Translations under genes and position numbers: made by a program
The notes under the pieces: generated by a model
Seen by the model: the letters and a program-made list of their open reading frames with translations, nothing else
The model's database searches: none
What the model was told of the DNA's origin: nothing
In this document: one piece after another, positions 8,693-17,813 of the stretch
Layout: each line of letters opens with the position of its first letter
Numbering within the stretch: the stretch's first letter is position 1
From: Burkholderiales bacterium
GTDB taxonomy: Bacteria; Pseudomonadota; Gammaproteobacteria; Burkholderiales; JACQAP01
Direction: 5' to 3'
DNA: 64,000 nt
Assembly: GCA_035548375.1 (NCBI GenBank)
Contig: DASZTG010000021.1
Coordinates: 66,965 to 130,964 of the forward strand

Positions 8693-9382
8693 ATGGGCGA
8701 AGAGCACATGGTGATGGCGGGCCGGCTGCTCGCCTCCGTCCTCGCCGGAGGGCTGATCGGGCTCGAGCGCAGCTATCGCGGCCGTCCGGCCGGATTCCGC
8801 ACGCATACGCTCGTCTGCATGGCGTCCACCGTGCTGATGCTGATCACGGTGTACGAATGGCAATGGATAGAAGCCACGGCCGACAGCATCCGCATGGACC
8901 CGACGCGCATGGCGCAGGGCATCATGACCGGCATCGGCTTCCTCGGCGCGGGCGTGATCTTCAAGGAAGGCATCACGGTGCGAGGGCTGACCACGGCCGC
9001 GTCGATCTGGATCACGGCCGCGCTCGGCATCCTGATCGGCATCGGGTTCTATTTTCCCGCGACGGTGACGACCGCGCTGGTGTTGTTCGTGCTGTCGATC
9101 TTCCGCTGGATCGAATCGCGCATGCATACGCAGAACTACGCGCGGCTCGACGTTGGCTTCAGCCGCGCGGCGCCGCTCGACGAGGAAGCGTTGCGCGCGG
9201 AACTCTCCCGCAACGGCTTCGATACCGCGCCGGTGCACTATCGGGTCAGCGAGACCGACAACCGGTTCGAATACCGCCTCATGATCCAGACCACGAAGCC
9301 GGAGAACTTCGGCAAGCTGGCGCAGGCGCTCTGCGCCAACCCGTTGGTCAAGGAATTTCGCATCGCGCCGACCGGCGATTGA
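8693..9382 (+). CDS. mgtC: MgtC/SapB family membrane protein
   Basis: The LLASVLAGGLIGLERSYRGRPAGFRTHTLV motif is typical of MgtC. ATG at 8693 is preceded by GAGGGAAG. The ORF track start at 8573 would add 40 non-homologous residues. Confidence 0.85.
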   Translation: MGEEHMVMAGRLLASVLAGGLIGLERSYRGRPAGFRTHTLVCMASTVLMLITVYEWQWIEATADSIRMDPTRMAQGIMTGIGFLGAGVIFKEGITVRGLTTAASIWITAALGILIGIGFYFPATVTTALVLFVLSIFRWIESRMHTQNYARLDVGFSRAAPLDEEALRAELSRNGFDTAPVHYRVSETDNRFEYRLMIQTTKPENFGKLAQALCANPLVKEFRIAPTGD

Positions 9383-9406
9383 GCGCGCGGAGGCGCTTCG
9401 CGTTGC

Positions 9407-11962
9407 TCAGCTCGCGGTTTCGCGCGCCAGGACGTTCGCCAGCGCATCGGCGATCTGGCGCAGCTCCAGCGGCTTGGTGAGGATCCGGTCAATTCCCGAT
9501 GAATAGGCCTGCTGCGAGAGCACCGGGCCGGTGTAGCCGCTGATCAGCACGACCGGGATGTCGGCGCGGGCCTGGCGCATCTGGCGGGCGAGCTCCGTGC
9601 CCGTCATGCCGGGCATGAGCTGGTCGAGGATGACCGCGTCGAAGCGCGACGGATCGAGGCAGAATTCCGCGAGCGCCTCGGCCGAACTGGTGAATCCCGC
9701 CGGCTCGTAGTTCAGCGCCGCCAGCATTTCCTCCGTGAGCAGCATCAGGGGCTTTTCGTCCTCCACCAGCAGCACGCGTTCGCCGTTGCCGCGCGGCAGC
9801 GGGCCGGCATCTTCGGCTTCCTCGATCGCCTCGGTGTCGGATCGGGGCAGGTAGATGTCGAACGTGCTGCCCCGTCCCGGCAGGCTTTCCACGTCGATGG
9901 CGCCGCCCAGCTCGGTCACGATGCCCTGCACCAGCGCGAGGCCGAGGCCGGTGCCGCTGCCGGATTCCCGCGTGGTGAAGAACGGCTCGAATATGCGGGC
10001 GGCGACTTCCGCGGTCATGCCGCAGCCCGAATCCTGCACGCGCAGCCGCACGTAGCGTCCGGCGGGTAGCAGGGAGTGCGACAGCGGCGCATCCTCGGCG
10101 GCGTCGATTTCCTCGAGCGCGACCGTGAGCTTGCCGCCGGCGGACATCGCGTGCTCGGCGTTGCGGCAAAGATTCATGATCAGCTGGTGCAGGTGCGTCG
10201 GATCTCCGATCACGGCGGCGTGGCGCGCATTCAATTGCAAGTCGAGCTCGATGGATTCCGGCAGCGAGACGAGGATCAGGTCCAGCGTTTCCTCCAGCAC
10301 GTCGTCCACGTTGACCACGGCGCGCTGGCCGCGCGTGCTGCGGCTGTAGGTCAGGATCTGGTCGATCAGCGCCTTGGCCCGGTGCGCCGCCGCCAGCACG
10401 TTGCCGACGTAGCGCTTGAGCGTGCTGCCCTCGGGCGCGGCGTTCTGCGCCATGTCGCCATAGCCGAGGATGGCGGCGAGGATGTTGTTGAAGTCGTGGG
10501 CGATGCCGCCGGCCATGGTGCCGATGGCCTCGAGCTTCACTGCCTGGCGCAGCCGCGTCTCCAGCTTGTCGCGCTCGGCGTCCGCGAGCCGACGCTCGGA
10601 GATGTCGCGATAGATCGCGTAGGTCGCGATCTGCCCGCTCGAGACGAGGATGGGCGCGCCGAGCTCGGACACGTGCAGCAGCGTGCCGTCGCTGCGCTGG
10701 CGCTCGGTCTCCATGCTGGTATGCCGGCCGTTGCGCACCGATTGCGCCAGGCGTTCCCACTCCGACCGCAAGTCCGCGGGGACGATCAGTTCGTCGAGCG
10801 AGCGTCCGCGCACCTGGTCCGCCGTGTAGCCGAACATGCTGGTGAATTCCCGGTTCACCCGGATCACGTGCTGGTCGAGGTCGAGCATGACGATGGCTTC
10901 GGGCGCGCTCTCGAAGAGCTCGTCGAGGAGCGCCGTCTGCACGCGTAGCTGGTCCTCGGCGCGTTCGCTGCGGCGCAGGTGGCGGAGCACGAGCCAGACC
11001 AGCGCGATCACGCTCAGGCAGAGCAGGGTGGTGCGCACCGTGCTGTGCATCACTTGTTCGGCCCACTTTTCGAGGACGGCGTTTTTCGCCACGCTCACGC
11101 CGATGGCGAGCGGAAAATCGGGAACGGCCTGGGCCGCGTAGATGCGCTCCTCCCCGTCGACGCGGCTTTTGAGAACCCTGCCGGGTTCGTCCGGCCGGCC
11201 CGTCAGCCCACGATAGAGTTCCGCGTCGGCGAACGGGTATCCGAGTGCATTGCCGGACCGCGGATAGCGCGCAAGCACGTCCCCGTCGCGACGCCACAGC
11301 ACGATCTCGCTGCCCTTGCCCAGATCGATCGCCTTGTAGAAATGCTCGAAGTAATCGACGTCCACCCATGCCGCCGCCACGCCGCGGAAATTGCCGGCGC
11401 TGTCGCCGATCCGGCGGCTCAGGGCGATCGTCCACTGTCCGGCGTCACCGGACCGGAACGGCTCCGAGATGAACAAGCCGATGTCCGGCGATTGCGCGTG
11501 GGATGCGAAAAAGGACTGGCGTGCGATCCAGTCGCGGCCGGCCTGCGTGCCGCTTGCCGAGGCGAGCACGCTGCCGTCCGCGCCGGCGACGAGCAGGTCG
11601 CGCGCGGGTGCGATCAGTTGCAGGCGGGTGCGCAGGCGCTCGTCCGCCTGCGGGGTGCCCGCGCGTGATTGGATCGGCTGGGCGTCCTTCGCGGTTTCCT
11701 GCACCACGACGTCCACGGCCTGGACGGCGCTGCGCGCCTGCTCGGCCAGGGTTCGCGAAAGGCTGCCGTAGCTGTGCTGCGTCGTCTCGGTGACGATTTC
11801 CAGCCTGCGCACGATGTCGTAGATCTGCACGCTGGCCATGACGACGACGACCAGCATGCCGGCGATCTTCAGCGAGAGCTGGAAACTGACGCGAGGACGA
11901 CTGTTCGCGTGGGCCCGCGACAGCGGTTGCGCTGGCGCGGGGATGTCGGTCCGGTCGTTCAT
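9407..11962 (-). CDS. Hybrid sensor histidine kinase / response regulator (periplasmic sensor, PAS, HisKA, HATPase, REC)
   Basis: 851 aa. One TM segment precedes a large extracytoplasmic domain and a second TM segment. A PAS region follows (FESAPEAIVMLD). H-box is IAHDFNNILAAILGY. The ATPase G-box is GTGLGLALV. The C-terminal REC domain reads VLLVEDE...DQLMPGMTG. Confidence 0.9.
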   Translation of the reverse strand: MNDRTDIPAPAQPLSRAHANSRPRVSFQLSLKIAGMLVVVVMASVQIYDIVRRLEIVTETTQHSYGSLSRTLAEQARSAVQAVDVVVQETAKDAQPIQSRAGTPQADERLRTRLQLIAPARDLLVAGADGSVLASASGTQAGRDWIARQSFFASHAQSPDIGLFISEPFRSGDAGQWTIALSRRIGDSAGNFRGVAAAWVDVDYFEHFYKAIDLGKGSEIVLWRRDGDVLARYPRSGNALGYPFADAELYRGLTGRPDEPGRVLKSRVDGEERIYAAQAVPDFPLAIGVSVAKNAVLEKWAEQVMHSTVRTTLLCLSVIALVWLVLRHLRRSERAEDQLRVQTALLDELFESAPEAIVMLDLDQHVIRVNREFTSMFGYTADQVRGRSLDELIVPADLRSEWERLAQSVRNGRHTSMETERQRSDGTLLHVSELGAPILVSSGQIATYAIYRDISERRLADAERDKLETRLRQAVKLEAIGTMAGGIAHDFNNILAAILGYGDMAQNAAPEGSTLKRYVGNVLAAAHRAKALIDQILTYSRSTRGQRAVVNVDDVLEETLDLILVSLPESIELDLQLNARHAAVIGDPTHLHQLIMNLCRNAEHAMSAGGKLTVALEEIDAAEDAPLSHSLLPAGRYVRLRVQDSGCGMTAEVAARIFEPFFTTRESGSGTGLGLALVQGIVTELGGAIDVESLPGRGSTFDIYLPRSDTEAIEEAEDAGPLPRGNGERVLLVEDEKPLMLLTEEMLAALNYEPAGFTSSAEALAEFCLDPSRFDAVILDQLMPGMTGTELARQMRQARADIPVVLISGYTGPVLSQQAYSSGIDRILTKPLELRQIADALANVLARETAS

Positions 11963-11981
11963 GCTGGCGGCGCGCGGACCG

Positions 11982-12350
11982 TCAATCCGGCAGGACTTCT
12001 TCCACGACAGCCAGCAGCGCCTCGCGGCCGAAGGGCTTGGCCAGCGTGCGTGCGGCGCCGGAGGCGCGTGCCGCCGCAGCCCAGCTCTTCCTGCCGCTGC
12101 GGGCGCCGCCCGAGATCGCGATCATCGCGAGGTCAGGTTGCAGGCGCCGCGCTTCGGTCAGGGTCTGCGCACCGTCACGGCCGGGCATGTCCATGTCGGT
12201 GATCAGGAGGCGGGCCGGCCCGGAACTGAGCATGTACAGCGCATCCGTGCCCGATTGCGCCTGGCGCACGCGGTAGCCTGCCGCGCTCAGCCACTCGGAC
12301 AGGAGCTCCAGCATCAGGACGTCATCGTCCACCACGAGGATTTCTTTCAT
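11982..12350 (-). CDS. Single-domain response regulator (REC only)
   Basis: MKEILVVDDDVLMLELL...ITDMDMPGRDG is a CheY-like receiver domain. It ends 19 nt upstream of the kinase gene. The start is taken at the internal ATG (12350) rather than the ORF-track start 12404. Confidence 0.85.
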   Translation of the reverse strand: MKEILVVDDDVLMLELLSEWLSAAGYRVRQAQSGTDALYMLSSGPARLLITDMDMPGRDGAQTLTEARRLQPDLAMIAISGGARSGRKSWAAAARASGAARTLAKPFGREALLAVVEEVLPD

Positions 12351-12455
12351 GCAGCGATTGTCCCACCGCCGTGAACCGCTGTCTGCCGCGCCGGAAGCGG
12401 CCATATTTCACTTTGAAATCCTGAAACCCACGCATGCCGCTATACTGAAATCACT

Positions 12456-13223
12456 GTGAACATGACCTCGGCCAACAGCGAAGTCCTGCCCTCAGCCATG
12501 AGCATTCCGAGACATGTGCTCGTCGTCGACGATGATGCGGACCTTCGTCGCATGGTCGCCGAATACCTCGGCGACTACGACCTGCGCGTCACCGGCGCGG
12601 CGGACGGCGCGGCCATGCGCGAGGCCATGTCGCGCGAAGCCATCGACCTGGTCCTGCTCGACTTGAAGCTGAACTCCGAGGACGGCATGACACTGGCCCG
12701 CGAGTTGCGCGAGACCTCGAGCGTGCCGATCGTGATCCTCACCGGCCGCAAGGATGACGTCGACCGCATCATGGGCCTGGAGCTGGGCGCGGACGACTAC
12801 CTGACGAAGCCGTTCAACCTGCGCGAGTTGCTGGCGCGCATCCGCGCCATCCTGCGCCGCACGCAGGCGCATCCGGCAATGCATGCAGAGGGCCGCGCGT
12901 CGCGGGCATTTCGCTTCGCCGGCTGGGAGCTCGACCTGCGTTCGCGCCGGCTCACCTCCAACGAGGGCGACCGCGTCGAACTCACGCACGCCGAGTTCGC
13001 GTTGCTTGCGGCCTTCCTCGGCGCGCCGGAGCGCATCCTGAGTCGCGAGCAGTTGCTCGAGTTAAGCCGCGGCAATGACGACAACGTCTTCGATCGCAGC
13101 ATAGACGTGCAGATCCTGCGCCTGCGGCGCAAGATCGAAACCGATCCCAGCCGTCCGAAATTGATTCGCACCGAGCGCGGTGCCGGCTACTTCTTCAACG
13201 CCAAGGTGGAAATCGTCGCCTGA
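12456..13223 (+). CDS. OmpR-family DNA-binding response regulator
   Basis: 255 aa. Receiver domain (HVLVVDDDADLRR...LLDLKL) plus a winged-helix output domain (LTHAEFALLAAFL...RTERGAGYFF). It is divergent from the REC/kinase operon. Confidence 0.9.
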   Translation: MNMTSANSEVLPSAMSIPRHVLVVDDDADLRRMVAEYLGDYDLRVTGAADGAAMREAMSREAIDLVLLDLKLNSEDGMTLARELRETSSVPIVILTGRKDDVDRIMGLELGADDYLTKPFNLRELLARIRAILRRTQAHPAMHAEGRASRAFRFAGWELDLRSRRLTSNEGDRVELTHAEFALLAAFLGAPERILSREQLLELSRGNDDNVFDRSIDVQILRLRRKIETDPSRPKLIRTERGAGYFFNAKVEIVA

Positions 13224-13372
13224 GGCGAACCACCCTGTGGCCGCTCCCCGCGCGCCGCAGATCTGCGCATCGAATCGCATTCACCCCCACGACGTCCGCA
13301 CGTGTCGCATGCCTCTGCATGCCGCGGGCGAGGATCGCAACCGCGGCAAGCGCAAGTGCCGAAGCCGGGACG

Positions 13373-14206
13373 TCAGGCCGGCAGCTTCGATCCGGCGCGC
13401 TTCACGCGCTTCGCGTCGCGGGCATCCGACCAGCCCAGGGATCGTGAAATCTGCTGCGAAATATGGCGCAGGTGTTCGCGTGCATCCGGAATCGATACCT
13501 TGGTGTCGCGGTGGCGCATGTAGACGACGTTCAGCGATGCGACCGCGCTGAAATGGTCGAAGATCGGGAAACAGATGTCATGCACGCCGCTGATCGTGTC
13601 GCTCGGGCCCTCGTCGAACCCGCGCTCGCGCAGCGCCAGCAAGCGGACGTCCAGCGAGCGCCGGCGCGCTTCGCGGCCCTTGCCTTCCCCGGCGAGCTCG
13701 TCGAGGTATTGCTCCCGTCGCAGGCCGTCCTGGAAGGCGGTGATGACGCGCGCGGAAACGCGGTCGTCGTGGAAGGGAAAATGCGAACCCTGGCGCACGG
13801 AATAACTCATGGGCTCGGGCGATTCGGCGCGGGCCAGTACCACCAGCCGCGTGTCGTGGTGCACGCACAGGTGGTTCGATTGGCTGGTACGTCGCGCCAG
13901 CTCCTGCATGAACGGCATGGCGCAATCGAGCAGCCGGTCGATGGGCGGATGCCGGTGCGCAAGCTCGAAGAGGCGCAGCGTGAGCACGTAGCTGGCGTCA
14001 GGCTGGCGCGACAGGAAGCCGCGGCGCACCAGCACGTCGAGCATGCGGAACAGCTCGTTCGGCGAGCGGTTTAGTTGCTGGGCGATTTCCTGCAGGCTGA
14101 GTCCGTGGGCCTCTACGGCCAGCAACTCGAGCACGTCCAGCCCTTTTTCCAGCGCCGGAGCGGAATAGCGGGCATCGGTACCCGATTTTGTGGTTGACAA
14201 GGCCAT
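13373..14206 (-). CDS. IclR-family transcriptional regulator
   Basis: 277 aa. The N-terminal HTH PALEKGLDVLELLAVEAHGLSLQEIAQQLNRSPNELFRMLDVLVRRGFL is typical of IclR. It is divergent from the lactonase gene across an AT-rich spacer. Confidence 0.9.
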   Translation of the reverse strand: MALSTTKSGTDARYSAPALEKGLDVLELLAVEAHGLSLQEIAQQLNRSPNELFRMLDVLVRRGFLSRQPDASYVLTLRLFELAHRHPPIDRLLDCAMPFMQELARRTSQSNHLCVHHDTRLVVLARAESPEPMSYSVRQGSHFPFHDDRVSARVITAFQDGLRREQYLDELAGEGKGREARRRSLDVRLLALRERGFDEGPSDTISGVHDICFPIFDHFSAVASLNVVYMRHRDTKVSIPDAREHLRHISQQISRSLGWSDARDAKRVKRAGSKLPA

Positions 14207-14408
14207 CCCCGGTTTTTATAGTTGAAAGTGATTTTTATATGTAAAGGCCGCTGCGTTTGCGGCCTGTCATAAAAATAGCAAGGTATCCGGAGTTTGTCAG
14301 GAGGCTGCGTTGACGGTCCGCAGGTCGTGGTCACAAGTCCGTCGTTCGTGCCAAAAGGCACGGAGTCCAATAGTCAAATAGTTCAAAAAAACACATCTGG
14401 AGGAGACC

Positions 14409-15479
14409 ATGATTACCAAGCACCTGTTTGCCGGCGCACTGCTGGCTTTGTCGGCGGGGGCCTTCGCGGCGGATCCGTCGACTTTCCCGGCCCCGGTCGG
14501 GGATACCAAGTTCGTGCCCGCGGGCGCGAAGCTCGAGATGGTGTTCGACGGCGGCTGCATGCTGACCGAAGGTGTCGCCGCCGGCCATGACGGCATGATC
14601 TATTTCAGCGACATCACGTTCACCAAGTTTTGCAAGGATCCGTCGGGCAAGTTCCTGCAGGCCGGTAACATCTGGAAGCACAATCCGAAGACCGGCGAAA
14701 CGACGATCTTCCGCAGCCCGAGCGGCATGTCCAACGGCATCAAGTTCGACCGCGAAGGCAACATGATCGCGGCGTTGGGCGCCGATTACGGCGGCCGCAT
14801 GCTGGTCAAGACCGACATGAAGACCGGCAAGACCTACATCCTGTCCGGCCTCTACGACGGCAAGCCCTATAACGCGCTGAACGACGTCACCATCGACGAG
14901 AAGGGCCGCATCTATTTCTCCGATCCGCGCTACCTCGGCCACGAGCCGATCTTCCAGGACGGCTATGCCGTCTACCGGCTGGATCCTGACGGGACCGTCA
15001 CGCGCGCGGCCACCGATTGCGGCAAGTGCAACGGCGTGCTGATCTCGCCCGACCAGAAGACGATGTACATCATCGGCAACGACAACGGCTGGTTCGAGTT
15101 CCAGAACCTGAAGGAAGGCGAAGCCACGCTGCAAGGCCACCACCAGTTGCAGGCCTATGACGTCGATCCCGCCACCGGCAAGTTGAGCAACCGCCGCGTG
15201 CTGATCGACTACACGGCCCGCGACAAGCCGTGCAGCGGCCCGGACGGCATGATCGCCGACTCCGAAGGCAATATCTGGCTGGCCTCGCGCTGCGAATACC
15301 GGCCGGGCATCCAGGTCCTCGATCCGCACGGCAAGGAACTGGCCTATATTTCCACCGGCAAGGAGCTTCCGACCAACGTCGGCTTCGGGCGCGGAGCGGA
15401 TTCCAATCTGCTGTATCTGACCTCGGGCCACAGCCTCTACAAGATCCGGGTGGGGAAGAAGGGTTACCAGCTTCCCTGA
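14409..15479 (+). CDS. SMP-30/gluconolactonase/LRE-family protein, secreted
   Basis: 356 aa. Signal peptide MITKHLFAGALLALSAGAFA. Beta-propeller motifs such as PDGMIADSEGNIWLA are present. GGAGGAG lies upstream of the ATG. Confidence 0.85.
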   Translation: MITKHLFAGALLALSAGAFAADPSTFPAPVGDTKFVPAGAKLEMVFDGGCMLTEGVAAGHDGMIYFSDITFTKFCKDPSGKFLQAGNIWKHNPKTGETTIFRSPSGMSNGIKFDREGNMIAALGADYGGRMLVKTDMKTGKTYILSGLYDGKPYNALNDVTIDEKGRIYFSDPRYLGHEPIFQDGYAVYRLDPDGTVTRAATDCGKCNGVLISPDQKTMYIIGNDNGWFEFQNLKEGEATLQGHHQLQAYDVDPATGKLSNRRVLIDYTARDKPCSGPDGMIADSEGNIWLASRCEYRPGIQVLDPHGKELAYISTGKELPTNVGFGRGADSNLLYLTSGHSLYKIRVGKKGYQLP

Positions 15480-15502
15480 AGGTTTCGCGCAGTAGCAAGT
15501 TG

Positions 15503-15540
15503 GTCGCAGGGGCTCCAAGCCTCTGCGACTTTTTTCTTTG
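15503..15540 (+). terminator. Rho-independent terminator after the lactonase gene
   Basis: A 10-bp stem GTCGCAGGGG / CCTCTGCGAC (one G-U pair) with a 7-nt loop is followed by TTTTTTCTTT. Confidence 0.75.
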
Positions 15541-15555
15541 CAACAGGAGAGATTC

Positions 15556-16416
15556 ATGGGTAGCGCGCAGCATGCCGAGGCGGGCAAGCCCCTCAAGGTC
15601 CTGACGCAAGGCCAGGTGGAAGCGTTCAACCGCAACGGCTACCACTTCCCCGTGCGCGTGCTTTCCGAGGCGCAGGCGGACGGCTATCGGGAAAAGATCG
15701 AGAACTTCGAATTCGAGCACGGCCTCGTGATGAAGACGCCCTTCAGGAACAAGCCGCACATGGTGTTCAAGTGGGCGAACGAGCTGATCCGGCACCCGCG
15801 CATCGTCGACACGGTCGAGGACATCCTCGGCCCCAACCTGCTGGTCTGGGGAACGAGCTTTTTCATCAAGGAGCCGAACGATCCGGCTTACGTATCCTGG
15901 CACCAGGACTCGACTTACTGGGGCCTCTCGCATCCCGACATCGTGACCGCCTGGGTCGCACTATCGTCGAGCGACGTTCCCAACGGTGCCATGCGGGTGG
16001 TGCCGGGCACGCACCTGAAGGACCAGCTGCCGCACACCGACACGTTTGCCGAAAACAACCTGCTCACGCGCGGCCAGGAAGTCGCCGTCGACGTGCAGGG
16101 CGACAACGCGGTCGACATGACGCTGGAGCCCGGGGAAATGTCGCTGCACCACGTGCGCATCGTGCACGGCTCCGAGCCGAATCGCGCGCACTATCGCCGC
16201 CTCGGCCTGGCGATCCGCTACGTGCCGACCTACGTGCGGCAAACCGAAGGCCCCAGGGACTACGCAACCCTCGTGCGCGGCAAGGACGATTTCCACCATT
16301 TCGAGTACGAGCCCCAGCCGCGTATCGACCTGGGCGCGGAAGAAGTTGCCGCGCACAAGCGCATCACCGAAGAGGCAAACAAGATCCTGTATCGTGGGAC
16401 CGAGAGGGCAAAATAA
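15556..16416 (+). CDS. Phytanoyl-CoA dioxygenase (PhyH)-family oxygenase
   Basis: Motifs FNRNGYHFPVRV, VSWHQDSTYWGL and HHVRIVHGSEPN are present. ATG at 15556 follows AGGAGAG. The ORF-track TTG start at 15538 lies inside the terminator T-tract. Confidence 0.85.
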   Translation: MGSAQHAEAGKPLKVLTQGQVEAFNRNGYHFPVRVLSEAQADGYREKIENFEFEHGLVMKTPFRNKPHMVFKWANELIRHPRIVDTVEDILGPNLLVWGTSFFIKEPNDPAYVSWHQDSTYWGLSHPDIVTAWVALSSSDVPNGAMRVVPGTHLKDQLPHTDTFAENNLLTRGQEVAVDVQGDNAVDMTLEPGEMSLHHVRIVHGSEPNRAHYRRLGLAIRYVPTYVRQTEGPRDYATLVRGKDDFHHFEYEPQPRIDLGAEEVAAHKRITEEANKILYRGTERAK

Positions 16417-16537
16417 CAGGCAGCAAGAACGTCGGGTGGAGGATGAGAGAGTGCGAGTCGCGGGCTGCAGCCCGGTGCCGGACTCTGCCTGATCCGCTTC
16501 CGTAGTTTCCAGCTGCCCCAATAAAGGGGGAACCACA

Positions 16538-17812
16538 ATGCTTACCGGCATTTTGCTGCTGGCCGCATTCCTGATCGTCGTATTCGCGATCGTGCGCGGC
16601 CAGAGCCCGATCATCATGCTGTTGCTGCTCGCCATCGTGTGGGCGCTGCTCGCCGGCATCGGCATCAACGACATCCAGGCGAAAGTCCTGCAAGGCGGCG
16701 GGGTGCAGTACGCCTCGGCGGTCATCATCATCGTGTTCGGTGCCTGGTTCGCCCAGGTGCTGATCCAGACCGGCATTGCCGAAAGCGTGATTCGCTCAGC
16801 CGTCGAACTGACCGGCGACCGACCCATTATCACGGCGATGACCATCAACCTCGTGACGGCGCTGCTCTTCACGTCCATGTATGGCGTCGGCGCGGCGATC
16901 GCGATCGGCGTCATCGCGTTGCCGATCATGCTGAGCCAGGGTATTCCCCCACGCGTAGCCGCACCGGTATTCAGCATGGGCGTGGGCGCGGGAGCATTCG
17001 TCAACCTGGTGCAGTTCGGCACGCTCGAAAAGCTGTTCCCCGGCATCAAGTACGAAGCGCCGTGGCTGACCTATTACTTCATCGGCATGGCTGTCTATGT
17101 GTTGATCGCCTGGCTGATGATCTGGATCAACTTGCGCAAGCTCGGGGTGCGCCACGCGGCTTCCGTCGACACCGCCGCTACCGCGCCGCGCAAGCGCACG
17201 CCGTATTTCACCTACATCGTGCCGATATTTCCGGTGGTGATGGTCATGGCGTTCAAGTGGCAGATCATCCCGACCTTCCTGCTGTCCATCGTGCTCGCGC
17301 TCGCGTTGACGGCGAAGCAGCGCAGCTTCCAGGGCACCTTGAACCTGTTCAACAAGACGTTCTTCGACGCGTTCCCGGACATCGCCACGATCGCCGCGCT
17401 GTGGACCATCTGCGGCATGATCATCGTAACCGGCCAGACGCCGGAAGTGCAACAGGCGCTGAAGCCGATTTTCGCTCCCATCCTGCCGCACAGCATGCTG
17501 CAGGCGGCGATTTTCTTCGGCGTGCTCGGCGGCATCGGCAGCATTTATCGCGGCCCGCTGGTGGTCGTGGGTACGGGTGCGGCGTTGCTGGCCATCATCC
17601 TCGGCAACAACGAGATTCCGGTGCCCTTCCTGTACGCGCTCTGGCTCGCCCCCACGGTGATGCAGGGCAGCTGCGACCCGACCAATTCCTGGACGCTGTG
17701 GACCATCGGCTATGCGAAAGTGCCGCACGGCCAGTTCCTGAAGACGGCGATGCCCTTCGGCTGCCTGATGGTCGCCGTCATGGCGACCATCTGCTACTAC
17801 ATGTTCGGCTGA
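16538..17812 (+). CDS. Polytopic anion/organic acid permease (GntP/CitMHS-like, ion-transporter superfamily)
   Basis: 424 aa and almost entirely hydrophobic, with more than 10 TM segments. The N-terminal layout resembles GntP-type permeases. AAGGGGG lies upstream of the ATG. Substrate is unknown. Confidence 0.7.
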   Translation: MLTGILLLAAFLIVVFAIVRGQSPIIMLLLLAIVWALLAGIGINDIQAKVLQGGGVQYASAVIIIVFGAWFAQVLIQTGIAESVIRSAVELTGDRPIITAMTINLVTALLFTSMYGVGAAIAIGVIALPIMLSQGIPPRVAAPVFSMGVGAGAFVNLVQFGTLEKLFPGIKYEAPWLTYYFIGMAVYVLIAWLMIWINLRKLGVRHAASVDTAATAPRKRTPYFTYIVPIFPVVMVMAFKWQIIPTFLLSIVLALALTAKQRSFQGTLNLFNKTFFDAFPDIATIAALWTICGMIIVTGQTPEVQQALKPIFAPILPHSMLQAAIFFGVLGGIGSIYRGPLVVVGTGAALLAIILGNNEIPVPFLYALWLAPTVMQGSCDPTNSWTLWTIGYAKVPHGQFLKTAMPFGCLMVAVMATICYYMFG

Positions 17813-17813
17813 C

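Noticed and set aside
9489-11435. 648-aa ORF in an alternative frame of the same strand as the hybrid kinase gene.
   Set aside because: It is extremely Arg/Pro/Gly-rich with no domain signature. The 9407-11962 frame contains the full HisKA, HATPase and REC motif set.
13224-13372. Short palindromes (GCATGC-CTCT-GCATGC) in the convergent spacer between the OmpR-type regulator and IclR genes, considered as a terminator.
   Set aside because: There is no convincing stem plus U-tract on either strand, so it is not called.
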